A DNA stretch of 64,000 nt from assembly GCA_963736255.1 (NCBI GenBank), contig CAVTOI010000002.1, forward strand, positions 428,411-492,410. The letters run 5' to 3'. Shown here piece by piece: positions 40,926 to 49,442 of the stretch. Each line of letters begins with the position of its first letter. Within the stretch, counting starts at the first letter, position 1. A program made the translations under genes and the position numbers. The DNA is from Candidatus Aminicenantes bacterium. Its GTDB lineage: Bacteria; Acidobacteriota; Aminicenantia; Aminicenantales; Saccharicenantaceae. The notes under the pieces are model-generated. The model did not search any database. It was given only the letters and a program-made list of their open reading frames with translations, and was not told the DNA's origin.

Positions 40926-41241
40926 CGTCGGATTCCCAGACCGTCACGGACGTGACCGGGTACGCTTTCCCGAGCTCGCCGTAAAGATGGCGGGCGATGT
41001 TCTCCGCCGAGGGATTGAAATCGAAGATCTCGTTGAGGAGGGCGTGGTCGGGAAGGGCCGCGGCCAGGGTCTTCTTGATCTCGGTGAAGTCGTAGCCGAG
41101 CCCCGTCCGGTCGAGCTTGCGCGCACGGATCGCGACCTCCACGCGGAACGTGTGGCCGTGCACCTTTTCGCACTTGCCTTTGTATTCCCTGAGAAAGTGG
41201 GCGGCCGAGAACGTGTCCCGGACCTTGAGTGTCCAGCTCAT
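40894..41241 (-). CDS. queD: 6-carboxy-5,6,7,8-tetrahydropterin synthase.
   Basis: MSWTLKVRDTFSAAHFLREYKGKCEKVHGHTF. It has an ATGA overlap with queC. Confidence 0.8.
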   Translation of the reverse strand: MSWTLKVRDTFSAAHFLREYKGKCEKVHGHTFRVEVAIRARKLDRTGLGYDFTEIKKTLAAALPDHALLNEIFDFNPSAENIARHLYGELGKAYPVTSVTVWESDDASATYSEDD

Positions 41242-41933
41242 GGGTTCCCTTCCTTTCGAAGACGGGCCAGGATCGGATCTTCGCGCCCGACGGTCTTCCA
41301 GGCCTCGGCGCGGAACCGGCAGGAGGAGCACTTCCCGCACGGCCGCTCGGCGCCTGCGTAGCAGGAGACCGAATAAGAATAGTCGACCCTGAGGCGGAGG
41401 CCGAGGCGGATGATGTCCGGCTTGTCGAGGCCGAGGAGCGGCACGACGATGCGAGCTTGAGGGCCGCCGAACGCGGCCTTGGTGCCCGCCTGTATGGCCT
41501 TCTCGATGGCTTTGACGAAACCCCTGGTCGTATCGGGATAATCGGGGGAGTCGGCGACGTGGAAGCCGCAGACGAGATCGCGGATGCCGCGCGTCTCGGC
41601 CCATGCGGCGGCCAGCGCCAGGAAGATCCCGTTTCGGAACGGGACGTAGGTTGACGGCGGCCCGGCCCGGCGGGCGGAGGGCCCGGACGGGCGGGGGAGG
41701 GGGATGGCTGGATCGGTCAAGGCCGAGCCCCCGATCTGCCGGAGATCGACCTTCAGGACGGCGTGGGGGACGCCGAGGCGGCGCGCCGCCTTGCGGGCCA
41801 GGCCGATCTCGATGCGGTGCCTCTGGCCATAATCGAAGGTCAGGGCGCGGACGTCATCGTACCGGTCGATGGCCCAAGCGAGCGACGTCGTCGAATCGAG
41901 CCCGCCGGAAAAGAGTACGACGCAAGATTTCAC
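41238..41933 (-). CDS. queC: 7-cyano-7-deazaguanine synthase.
   Basis: GTG start VKSCVVLFSGGLDSTTS. The zinc motif is CGKCSSCRFR. There is an AGAGGAG SD. Confidence 0.8.
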   Translation of the reverse strand: MKSCVVLFSGGLDSTTSLAWAIDRYDDVRALTFDYGQRHRIEIGLARKAARRLGVPHAVLKVDLRQIGGSALTDPAIPLPRPSGPSARRAGPPSTYVPFRNGIFLALAAAWAETRGIRDLVCGFHVADSPDYPDTTRGFVKAIEKAIQAGTKAAFGGPQARIVVPLLGLDKPDIIRLGLRLRVDYSYSVSCYAGAERPCGKCSSCRFRAEAWKTVGREDPILARLRKEGNP

Positions 41934-41951
41934 TCCGGAAACTCCTCTTTG

Positions 41952-41979
41952 ATGATAGTGGACGCCGGACAGAATATCA
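41952..41979 (-). promoter_or_regulatory. Sigma70-like promoter for queCDE.
   Basis: On the minus strand, TTGATA-17 nt-TATCAT lies just upstream of the queC SD. Confidence 0.5.
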
Positions 41980-42151
41980 ACTTGGTCCGGAATGGAGGGA
42001 ACCATCGAAGGAGAAGGGCCGGCGACAGCGGGGCTCCGGACCGGGGCGGCGTAAAGAATCACCGCAGCGAGCGGAGATGACCCCTGAGGCCCCTCCGCAG
42101 CCGAAACGGAGGGTGGCAGAGGAGATCGCGGTTTGACACTCCCGGACGGGG

Positions 42152-43012
42152 ATGGTATATCTTGAAATTCCGAAGATGAGCGAACATCCGATCGAGAAAG
42201 GCGTCATCGAGGTCGTCCGGACCTACGAGCTGATGGACCGGGTCCGGACCCGGCGGGACCTTGTCATCCGCGACGACCAGTTCGACCTCCCGGCCCTTCT
42301 CGAAGCCGCCCGGTATGCCGGCCGCCGTCGCATCCGCATGAGCCTTCTCGACACCGGGCGGTTCGGGCTCGAGGATGTCGAATCGCTGGCCCGGGCCGGG
42401 GCCCGCATTCTGGTCTCCGACGACGCCCGGCCGCGCGCCGACGAGTGGGAGATCCTGCAGGAGGCCTGCCGGAGCGCCGGGACCCACCTCTCCGTTTTCT
42501 GGAACGGCCCTCTCCCCGCGGCCGGCGCCCTGACCGGCGTGACCCTCCAGACCCTCATGGGCCTTCTCGGAATGGGCATGGACCTCCATATCTCCGATAG
42601 GACGCACGTCCGCGACGCCGCGACCCTCGCCCGGCTGGCCGCGGCCGCGAAGAGCGGGAAAGGGTATCTCGTGATTTATCATTCGGGCCCGCTCGCCGCC
42701 GAGCTCGCCGGGCCCGCCGCCTGCCGCGCCTGGGTCCATTTCTCAGACGCCTCGATAACAGACGAGCCGGCCGCCGTTGCGGCCGTCAAGATCGCCCGGG
42801 CCGCCTCCGGCGCGGGCTCGAAGGCCGCTGTCCACGTCGAACGGGGCCTGCCTCTCGAGCTCCTCGAGGCGCTCTGGGCCGCCGGGGCCGTGCTCCTCTT
42901 TACGATGCCGCCGAGCGATGACCGCTCGCTCCTCCGCCCGGTCGAAAAGCGGGCCGCCCGGCGGAAGCTCCCGCCGCGCGCCTACTATCTTTCGACGGTC
43001 TTCATGCCCTGA
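42152..43012 (+). CDS. Hypothetical Ala/Leu-rich protein with internal repeats.
   Basis: A 286-aa ORF with coding-like codon usage and a repeating ...LARAGARILVSDDA... / ...AKSGKGYLVIYHSG... pattern. I recognise no family. Confidence 0.45.
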   Translation: MVYLEIPKMSEHPIEKGVIEVVRTYELMDRVRTRRDLVIRDDQFDLPALLEAARYAGRRRIRMSLLDTGRFGLEDVESLARAGARILVSDDARPRADEWEILQEACRSAGTHLSVFWNGPLPAAGALTGVTLQTLMGLLGMGMDLHISDRTHVRDAATLARLAAAAKSGKGYLVIYHSGPLAAELAGPAACRAWVHFSDASITDEPAAVAAVKIARAASGAGSKAAVHVERGLPLELLEALWAAGAVLLFTMPPSDDRSLLRPVEKRAARRKLPPRAYYLSTVFMP

Positions 43013-43099
43013 TCTCCGCGGCGGCGAAGACGACGGGAGACCCGCCATGAGCGCGTTTTTCCTTGAAATAACTCCGGCTTCGGCTACAATACGCATTCT

Positions 43100-44350
43100 A
43101 TGAACGCGCACGATCTCGGCCGGACGCTGTCGCTGTGGGCGGTCGTCCCCTTCGTGGGGCTCCTGCTGTCCATCGCGCTCCTGCCTCTCCGTGCGCCCCA
43201 TTTCTGGGAAAACCACAAGAACAAGGGCCTGGTCGCGTTCCTCTGGTCGCTGCCTGTCGCCGTCTACTTCCTCTTCCAGATGCCCCACGAGCTCGTCCTG
43301 TCGATGAAGGATTACGCCTCGTTCCTCCTGCTGCTCACGGCCCTGTTCATCATCTCGGGCGGCATCGTCCTCAAGGGAGACCTCAAGGCGACGCCGGAGG
43401 TCAACACCCTGATGCTGTTCATCGGAGCCGTGCTGGCCAACTTCATCGGGACGACCGGGGCCAGCATGCTCCTCATCCGCCCGCTGCTGCAGACGAACTC
43501 CGAGCGCAAGCATACGCTCCATGTCCCCATCTTCTTCATCTTCCTCGTCTCCAATATCGGCGGCTGTCTGACGCCCCTCGGCGACCCGCCCCTCTTCATG
43601 GGCCTCATCAAGGGCGTGCCCTTCTTCTGGACGCTGCGCTTGTTCCCGATCTGGGCGGTCATGACCGGCGGCGTCCTCCTGATCTTCTATCTCTACGACA
43701 GCTTCCAATACCGCAAGGAGGCGTGCCGCGACATCATCCGCGACCGGCAGCGCGTCGTGCCCCTCCACATGACCGGAACGATCAACTTCCTTTGGCTCGC
43801 CGGTGTCGTCGCCGCGATCTTCCTGCCCTTCCCCAGCCGCGAGGGCGTGCTGATTCTTATGGCCATCGTGTCCCTTCTCACGACTAAACGGGTGTGCCGC
43901 ATCGACAACAAGTTCACTTACGGCCCGATCATCGAGGTGGCGATCCTCTTCGCGGGGATCTTCGTGACCATGATCCCGGCGCTCCTCATCCTCAACGCCC
44001 GCGGCGCGGAGCTCGGCATCACCCGGCCGTGGCAGTTCTTCTGGGCCACGGGCTCGCTGTCGTCCTTCCTCGACAATACGCCGACCTACCTGGCCTTCTT
44101 CTCCATGGCCCAGGGTCTCGGCCTCAACGGCGACATGATGGGCATCCCGAACCTGATGCTCAAGGCGATCAGCGTCGGGGCCGTCTTCATGGGCGCGAAC
44201 TCCTACATCGGCAACGGGCCGAACTTTATGGTCAAGGCCATCGCCGAGGAATACAAGCTGAAGATGCCGTCGTTCTTCGGCTATATGGCCTACTCCGCGG
44301 CCGTCCTCATCCCGCTCTTTGTCGTCGTTACCCTTATCTTCTTCAGGTAA
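43100..44350 (+). CDS. Ion transporter of the ArsB/NhaD (citrate transporter-like) permease superfamily. It is a putative Na+/H+ antiporter.
   Basis: About 12 TM helices and a hydrophobic N-terminus. The motif ...GDPPLFMG... is present. Confidence 0.65.
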   Translation: MNAHDLGRTLSLWAVVPFVGLLLSIALLPLRAPHFWENHKNKGLVAFLWSLPVAVYFLFQMPHELVLSMKDYASFLLLLTALFIISGGIVLKGDLKATPEVNTLMLFIGAVLANFIGTTGASMLLIRPLLQTNSERKHTLHVPIFFIFLVSNIGGCLTPLGDPPLFMGLIKGVPFFWTLRLFPIWAVMTGGVLLIFYLYDSFQYRKEACRDIIRDRQRVVPLHMTGTINFLWLAGVVAAIFLPFPSREGVLILMAIVSLLTTKRVCRIDNKFTYGPIIEVAILFAGIFVTMIPALLILNARGAELGITRPWQFFWATGSLSSFLDNTPTYLAFFSMAQGLGLNGDMMGIPNLMLKAISVGAVFMGANSYIGNGPNFMVKAIAEEYKLKMPSFFGYMAYSAAVLIPLFVVVTLIFFR

Positions 44351-44534
44351 ACATCACCCGGGTCCCCGTCATGAACTCTCCGTTCGCCCTTCCTCTGTAC
44401 GCGTGCCCGGCCGGCGGCGTTTCGCCGAAGCGACGGCGCGACGGGCTCCAAGCTGGAGCGCCGAAACCGACACTACTAATGGTGGACGTCGAGAGCCTTT
44501 CTACAAATAAAAGTGGCCGGGACCGAGAAAATAC

Positions 44535-44563
44535 TTGACAATTGGTTAGAATGCTCTATAAAT
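44535..44563 (+). promoter_or_regulatory. Near-consensus sigma70 promoter, preceded by an A-rich UP-like region.
   Basis: TTGACA-17 nt-ATAAAT (with a TATAAA alternative) lies about 70 nt upstream of the operon ATG. An AAGAGGAA SD sits at the first gene. Confidence 0.6.
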
Positions 44564-44633
44564 GAAAACAGAAAATCTTCATGATGGCAGCATTAGGAAC
44601 GATGAACGTTAGGATTGAAAGAGGAACCGAGAG

Positions 44634-45743
44634 ATGAAAGTTGCATTGCTCTATAGCTCGAAAGCGGGCATGGAGGCGACGCTCGTCGCCCGCCCCGCCG
44701 AGCACAAGGACGAGGAGGACGAACCTCCACTTCCCAGTGACATGCTCGCCGAGTGCGATTCGGACGAGACGATCGCAGCGGTCGGGCATGCTCTCCAGGA
44801 GCGGCACCAGGTCGTTTTCATCGAATCCGACGACAAGGCCTACGGCCGGCTGAAGCGTCAGCGGCCGCACCTCGTCTTCAACATCGCCGAGCGCGTCGTC
44901 GGCCCCAACCGCGAATCGCACATCCCGACGGTCTGCGAGATGCTGGACGTTCCCTACACAGGCTCCGACCCGCTGACCCTCGGCATCTGCCTCGACAAGT
45001 CGAGGGCCAAGGAGATCCTGACCTACCACCGGGTCCCCAATCCCGCTTTCTGGATCATCGAGTCGGCGGCGGCCATCCCGGCCGGCGTCCGGCTGCCGGC
45101 CATCATCAAGCCCCTCTACGAGGGCTCGAGCAAGGGCATCAAGAACAATTCCCTCGTCGGGAGCCTCGACGAGCTCTACGAGCGCGTCGAGGAGGTCATC
45201 GCGACCTACAGGCAGCCGGTCATCGTCGAGCGGTTCCTCGGCGGCCGCGAATTCACCGTCGGCGTCCTGGGGAACGCCCCGAACTATGAGATCCTTCCCA
45301 TCGTCGAGATCGACCACGGGCAGCTCCCCGCGGGGGCGGCGCCCATCTATTCCTATGAGGCGAAGTGGCTCTGGGACACCCCTGAGAAGCCTCTCGACAT
45401 CTTCAAGTGCCCGGCGCCCATCCCCGGCGTCCTCCGGGCCAAGATCGAGAACGTCGTCGACCGTACCTGCAGCGTCCTGCGCATCAGGGATTGGGCCCGG
45501 ATCGACGTCCGGCTCGACGACAAGGGCGAGCCCAACATCCTCGAGGTCAATCCTCTGCCGGGCATCCTGCCCCGCCCCGAGGACAATTCCTGTCTGCCCA
45601 AGGCGGCCCGGACCGCAGGGTATTCCTATTCGGACCTGATCCATAGGGTCGTGGACGAGGCCTCCAAGCGCTGCGGCCTCCGACAAACGCGCATCCGGCC
45701 TGCGTCGAGCGATCGGCCGGCGGTCCTTGCGGATCGTGCATGA
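44634..45743 (+). CDS. D-Ala-D-Ala-ligase-family ATP-grasp enzyme, ligase 1.
   Basis: A Ddl-like N-terminal domain (YTGSDPLTLGICLDKSRAKEIL). The ATP-grasp region reads PAIIKPLYEGSSKGI...ILEVNPLPGI. Confidence 0.75.
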   Translation: MKVALLYSSKAGMEATLVARPAEHKDEEDEPPLPSDMLAECDSDETIAAVGHALQERHQVVFIESDDKAYGRLKRQRPHLVFNIAERVVGPNRESHIPTVCEMLDVPYTGSDPLTLGICLDKSRAKEILTYHRVPNPAFWIIESAAAIPAGVRLPAIIKPLYEGSSKGIKNNSLVGSLDELYERVEEVIATYRQPVIVERFLGGREFTVGVLGNAPNYEILPIVEIDHGQLPAGAAPIYSYEAKWLWDTPEKPLDIFKCPAPIPGVLRAKIENVVDRTCSVLRIRDWARIDVRLDDKGEPNILEVNPLPGILPRPEDNSCLPKAARTAGYSYSDLIHRVVDEASKRCGLRQTRIRPASSDRPAVLADRA

Positions 45744-46774
45744 ACCCTGCGTCGAACATCGCCATCGTCTTCAACGCCTACGAACCGAGATCGACGGCGG
45801 CGGGGGAGCGTCTGTCCGAGGAGTCCGTGGCCGACATGGCCCAGCAGGCGCACGACGCCGTCCGAATGCTCGGCGTCGGCGCGACGCTCATCCCGCTCCA
45901 GAAGAGCCTGCTCAATTTCCTGGGCCGGGTCCGGGAGATCAACCCCGACGCCCTGATCAACCTCTGCGAGGGGTACTACGGGCGGCCGCAATGGGAATCC
46001 AACGTCGCCGGGATCTTCGAGCTCCTGGGCCTGTCGTTCACGGGGAATGCGGCCAAGACCCTGGCCTTCTGCCAGGACAAGTTCAAGGCCAAGGCCGTGC
46101 TTCGGGCGGCGGGGCTGCCGACCGCGCCGGCGCAGCTCATGCTCACCGGGGACGAGCCCCTCGAGCTGCGGTTCCCCGTCATCGTCAAACCCAACTCCGA
46201 GGACGCCAGCCTGGGTATCTACCCCGATTCCGTCGTCAAGGACGAGGAGGCGCTGCGTCGGCAGGTCCGGCGCTGCCTCGACAGCTACAGGCAGCCCGTC
46301 CTCGTCGAGGCGTTCATCGACGGCCGCGAATTCAACGTCTCGGTCATGGAGAACGGGGCGCCCAAGGCCCTGCCGGTCTCCGAGATCGACTTCTCGGCCA
46401 TGCCCAAGGAGATGCCGAAGATCCTCGGCTACGAGGCCAAGTGGTTCGAGGACAATCCGCTCTATCAGAAGACGCCGCCGGTCTGCCCGGCGGCGATCGA
46501 CGACGACCTCCGGGACAAGCTCCAGGGACTGGCCGTGGCGGCCTTCCGGACCATGGGCTGCCGGGATTACGCCCGGGTGGATTTCCGGATGGACGCCAAG
46601 GGCCGGCCGTTCGTCCTCGAAGTCAATCCGAACCCGGACATCAGCACCAACGCGGGCTATGCCCGGGCCCTCAAGGCGGCCGGGATCGAATACGCGGCGT
46701 TCTGGGGGGTCATGGTCAAGAACGCCGTCGAAAGAAGGGTCGGCAATGATCCGACGGATGGAATCGCGAGATAA
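45740..46774 (+). CDS. D-Ala-D-Ala-ligase-family ATP-grasp enzyme, ligase 2.
   Basis: FTGNAAKTLAFCQDKFKAKAVL...PVIVKPNSEDASLGI...VLEVNPNPDI. It has an ATGA overlap with ligase 1. Confidence 0.75.
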   Translation: MNPASNIAIVFNAYEPRSTAAGERLSEESVADMAQQAHDAVRMLGVGATLIPLQKSLLNFLGRVREINPDALINLCEGYYGRPQWESNVAGIFELLGLSFTGNAAKTLAFCQDKFKAKAVLRAAGLPTAPAQLMLTGDEPLELRFPVIVKPNSEDASLGIYPDSVVKDEEALRRQVRRCLDSYRQPVLVEAFIDGREFNVSVMENGAPKALPVSEIDFSAMPKEMPKILGYEAKWFEDNPLYQKTPPVCPAAIDDDLRDKLQGLAVAAFRTMGCRDYARVDFRMDAKGRPFVLEVNPNPDISTNAGYARALKAAGIEYAAFWGVMVKNAVERRVGNDPTDGIAR

Positions 46775-47219
46775 GGACGCCGTGCTCGGACTCGTCCGGG
46801 CCACGGGGTTCTTCACGCCGGTCGAGGTCGACGTCGCCGAGGAGCTCGTCGACATCTTCCTCGGAAAGCCGGACCAGAGGGACTACGACGTCGTCGTCGT
46901 CGAGGGTGACGGCGGGGCGCCCGCGGGCTACATGACCTGGGGCCCGACGCCGCTGGCCGAGGGCGCCTACGACCTCTACTGGATGGCCGTGGCGCCGTCC
47001 GAACAGGGCCGGGGGCGCGGCAAGGAGCTCGTCCGCTGGCTCGAGGGCGAGGTCGGCCGGCGCCAGGGGCGGGTCATCATTATCGAGACCTCGTCGCAGC
47101 CGAAGTATCACGGCACGCGGCAGTTCTATATCGATCTTGGGTACAAAGAAGTCGCCCGGGTCCCGGATTTCTACCGGGCCGGCGACGATCGCGTCATCTA
47201 CGCGAAGTACTTTCGTTAG
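46765..47219 (+). CDS. GNAT family N-acetyltransferase.
   Basis: A 151-aa GNAT fold (...LYWMAVAPSEQGRGRGKELVRWL...). Confidence 0.7.
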
Positions 47220-47230
47220 GAGTTCAGGAG

Positions 47231-48343
47231 ATGGACGACTGGCAACGTTTGATGAAGGGCGTTCTCAGGAAACCCGAAGAGATCGCCCGGAAATTCGGGC
47301 TTGACGTCGAGGAGGTCCGCCGGATCGCCAAGGTGTTCAAGATCCAGATCACGCCGTACTATGCGGGCTTGATCAAGGAGCGGGGCGACGCCATGTGGCG
47401 CCAGATGGTCCCCGACCCGGCCGAGCTGAAGGAAGACACAGGGGTGGCAGACCCGCTCGAAGAAGACGCGGATTCGCCCGTTCCGAGCATCGTCCACCGC
47501 TACCCCGACCGCTGCCTGTTCCTCGTGTCGCACAGCTGCGCGTCGTTCTGCCGGTTCTGCACCCGGAAGAGGAAGGTCGGCGACCCGTCGAAGATCCACC
47601 CGCGCTATATCGAGGACGGCATCGAATACATCCGGAGGCACACGGAGCTCCGGGACGTCATCATTTCCGGCGGCGATCCGCTGATGCTCAGCGACCGCCG
47701 GCTTGAGGCTATCATCAAGGCCGTCAGGGGCATTCCCCACATCGAGATCATCCGTATCGGCACGCGCGTGCCGTGCGTCCTGCCGCAGAGGGTCACGGAA
47801 AAGCTCGTGGCCATGCTCAAGAAGTACCACCCGCTCTACGTCAACGTGCATTTCAACCACCCGGACGAGATCACGCCGGAGTCGTCGCGGGCGCTGAACC
47901 TGCTCGCCGACGCGGGGATCCCGCTCGGGAACCAGACCGTGCTCCTCAAGGGGGTCAACGACGACCCGCTGGTCATGCGGCGGCTTATGCAGAAGCTCCT
48001 GGCCGTGCGGGTCCGGCCCTATTACATCTACCAGGCGGACTATGTCTCGGGGACCGAGCACCTCAGGACGACGGTCGAGAAGGGCCTCGAGGTCATGGAG
48101 AGCCTGCGCGGCTGGACGTCCGGGCTGGCGGTGCCCTACTACTGCATCGACGCGCCCGGAGGCGGCGGCAAGATCCCGGTCCTGCCGAAGTACCTGCAGT
48201 CGATCACCGACGAGCAGGTCGTGCTGCGCAATTACGCCGGCGAGCTGTTCATCTACCCGCAGGTCAAGCCCAAGCCGAAGCGCCGGCCCCGGCCCGCGAC
48301 CGCCCCCTGCTACAGCTTCGACGGCGCCCCCCCGATGCCTTAA
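47231..48343 (+). CDS. kamA: Lysine 2,3-aminomutase (KamA family radical SAM).
   Basis: The CASFCRFCTRK cluster motif is present, together with the KamA family signatures (YPDRCLFLVSHSCA..., ISGGDPLM) and a C-terminal Cys. There is an AGGAG SD. The TAA stop lies inside the TIR of the downstream element. Confidence 0.8.
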   Translation: MDDWQRLMKGVLRKPEEIARKFGLDVEEVRRIAKVFKIQITPYYAGLIKERGDAMWRQMVPDPAELKEDTGVADPLEEDADSPVPSIVHRYPDRCLFLVSHSCASFCRFCTRKRKVGDPSKIHPRYIEDGIEYIRRHTELRDVIISGGDPLMLSDRRLEAIIKAVRGIPHIEIIRIGTRVPCVLPQRVTEKLVAMLKKYHPLYVNVHFNHPDEITPESSRALNLLADAGIPLGNQTVLLKGVNDDPLVMRRLMQKLLAVRVRPYYIYQADYVSGTEHLRTTVEKGLEVMESLRGWTSGLAVPYYCIDAPGGGGKIPVLPKYLQSITDEQVVLRNYAGELFIYPQVKPKPKRRPRPATAPCYSFDGAPPMP

Positions 48344-49442
48344 GAAGGGGTCAAACCTTAATTCTTATAATTTTCTGCCGCCGGAAAAGTCCCCGAATAT
48401 CAACGATTCCATTTCGGCGACAGCACGGCGGAGCGGCTCGCTCGAAACGATATCGCCCCTCATCTTCCGGAAGGCAACTGCAACCGCGATAGGGCCGATG
48501 TTAAAGAATTCCCCAATCTCCTTGAGTTTGTAGTTAGTATTCCTATGCGCAATGAAGATGGTCGCCTTTTTAACGAGCCTGTTTGTTGCTCCTAACCTGA
48601 AGACAGCAACAGAATGGATGGCCGATATTTCAGGTCTCTTTACGAGGCTCGGGATTTCGGACACCTCGCTATCGGCGTGTTCAAGCGCCTGTTTAAGGTG
48701 TAATCTGCGGATCTTCTCGATAAATTCGGCGTTACCCAAGATTCCGATCCGCTCCGCTTTGGCGAACTCGGGAAACGAGGACCAGTCCACGCTGGAATTG
48801 AGATATCGACTGTGCTCTGTCCGCATTGCCATCAAATCGCCTCCGAAGCAGCGGACGATCGTTTCGGTTGTGAGCCATGCTGGGGGGTCGATGAGTCCAA
48901 AATATGCCGCGGCACTTGACCATTTGAATTCTTCCGGGCGCTCGGCGAACCCCTTGCGCACGGGATTCCCATGTATGTACATCGTCAATACCCGGGCATA
49001 GGATTCTGTGTCTAATAGTATGGCCTTGAACCGGCCCTGGAAGAGATGCCCGCATCGATCATGTTTGAGGTTGAGATAGATCGAATACGTCGTGTTTATG
49101 AAGTGCATGATCTGAGAGAGATTGCCGACGGGGCACTCCAAAATGAAATGATAGTGGTTCGGCATCAGACAATAAACGTGGAAGTTGGCCGAAAACCTTT
49201 TGTGGGCATCATGAAGAACCTTCAGGAAATAGCATCGATCGTCATCGGAAAGGAAGATAGGCTGCTTCTGGTTCCCTCGGGAATAGACGTGATAAAAAGC
49301 GCCCGGATACTCGATACGGAGATGCCTGGCCATGATAGAGTCCTCGCCGCCGTATGCCTATCTTTTTAAGAGACGCAGAGCGGGAGGAGTTATTCTCTGA
49401 TGATGCGAAATATTATAAGAATTAAGGTTTGACCCCTTCTTA
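48341..49442. mobile_element. 1.1-kb transposable element. It carries a RAYT/IS200-like Y1 transposase gene flanked by perfect 31-bp terminal inverted repeats (TAAGAAGGGGTCAAACCTTAATTCTTATAAT).
   Basis: IR-L is 48341-48371 and IR-R is 49412-49442, and they are exact reverse complements. The same IR core occurs in the MITE-like repeat at 24903-25043. Confidence 0.75.
48365..49333 (-). CDS. HUH Y1 tyrosine transposase (REP-associated / IS200-like TnpA) with a C-terminal DnaA-type HTH domain.
   Basis: The HxH motif is HVYCLMPNHYHFILE. The catalytic-Tyr region reads SYARVLTMYIHGNPVRKG. The C-terminal HTH (KLKEIGEFFNIGPIAVAVAFRKMR) resembles DnaA domain IV. Confidence 0.75.
   Translation of the reverse strand: MARHLRIEYPGAFYHVYSRGNQKQPIFLSDDDRCYFLKVLHDAHKRFSANFHVYCLMPNHYHFILECPVGNLSQIMHFINTTYSIYLNLKHDRCGHLFQGRFKAILLDTESYARVLTMYIHGNPVRKGFAERPEEFKWSSAAAYFGLIDPPAWLTTETIVRCFGGDLMAMRTEHSRYLNSSVDWSSFPEFAKAERIGILGNAEFIEKIRRLHLKQALEHADSEVSEIPSLVKRPEISAIHSVAVFRLGATNRLVKKATIFIAHRNTNYKLKEIGEFFNIGPIAVAVAFRKMRGDIVSSEPLRRAVAEMESLIFGDFSGGRKL

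Noticed and set aside
41934-42150. preQ1 riboswitch in the queC leader.
   Set aside because: The leader is only about 40-50 nt from the TTGATA/TATCAT promoter to the SD. It lacks the preQ1-I features (a CCC pairing with the ligand and an A-rich tail ending in CUA). I found no convincing aptamer.
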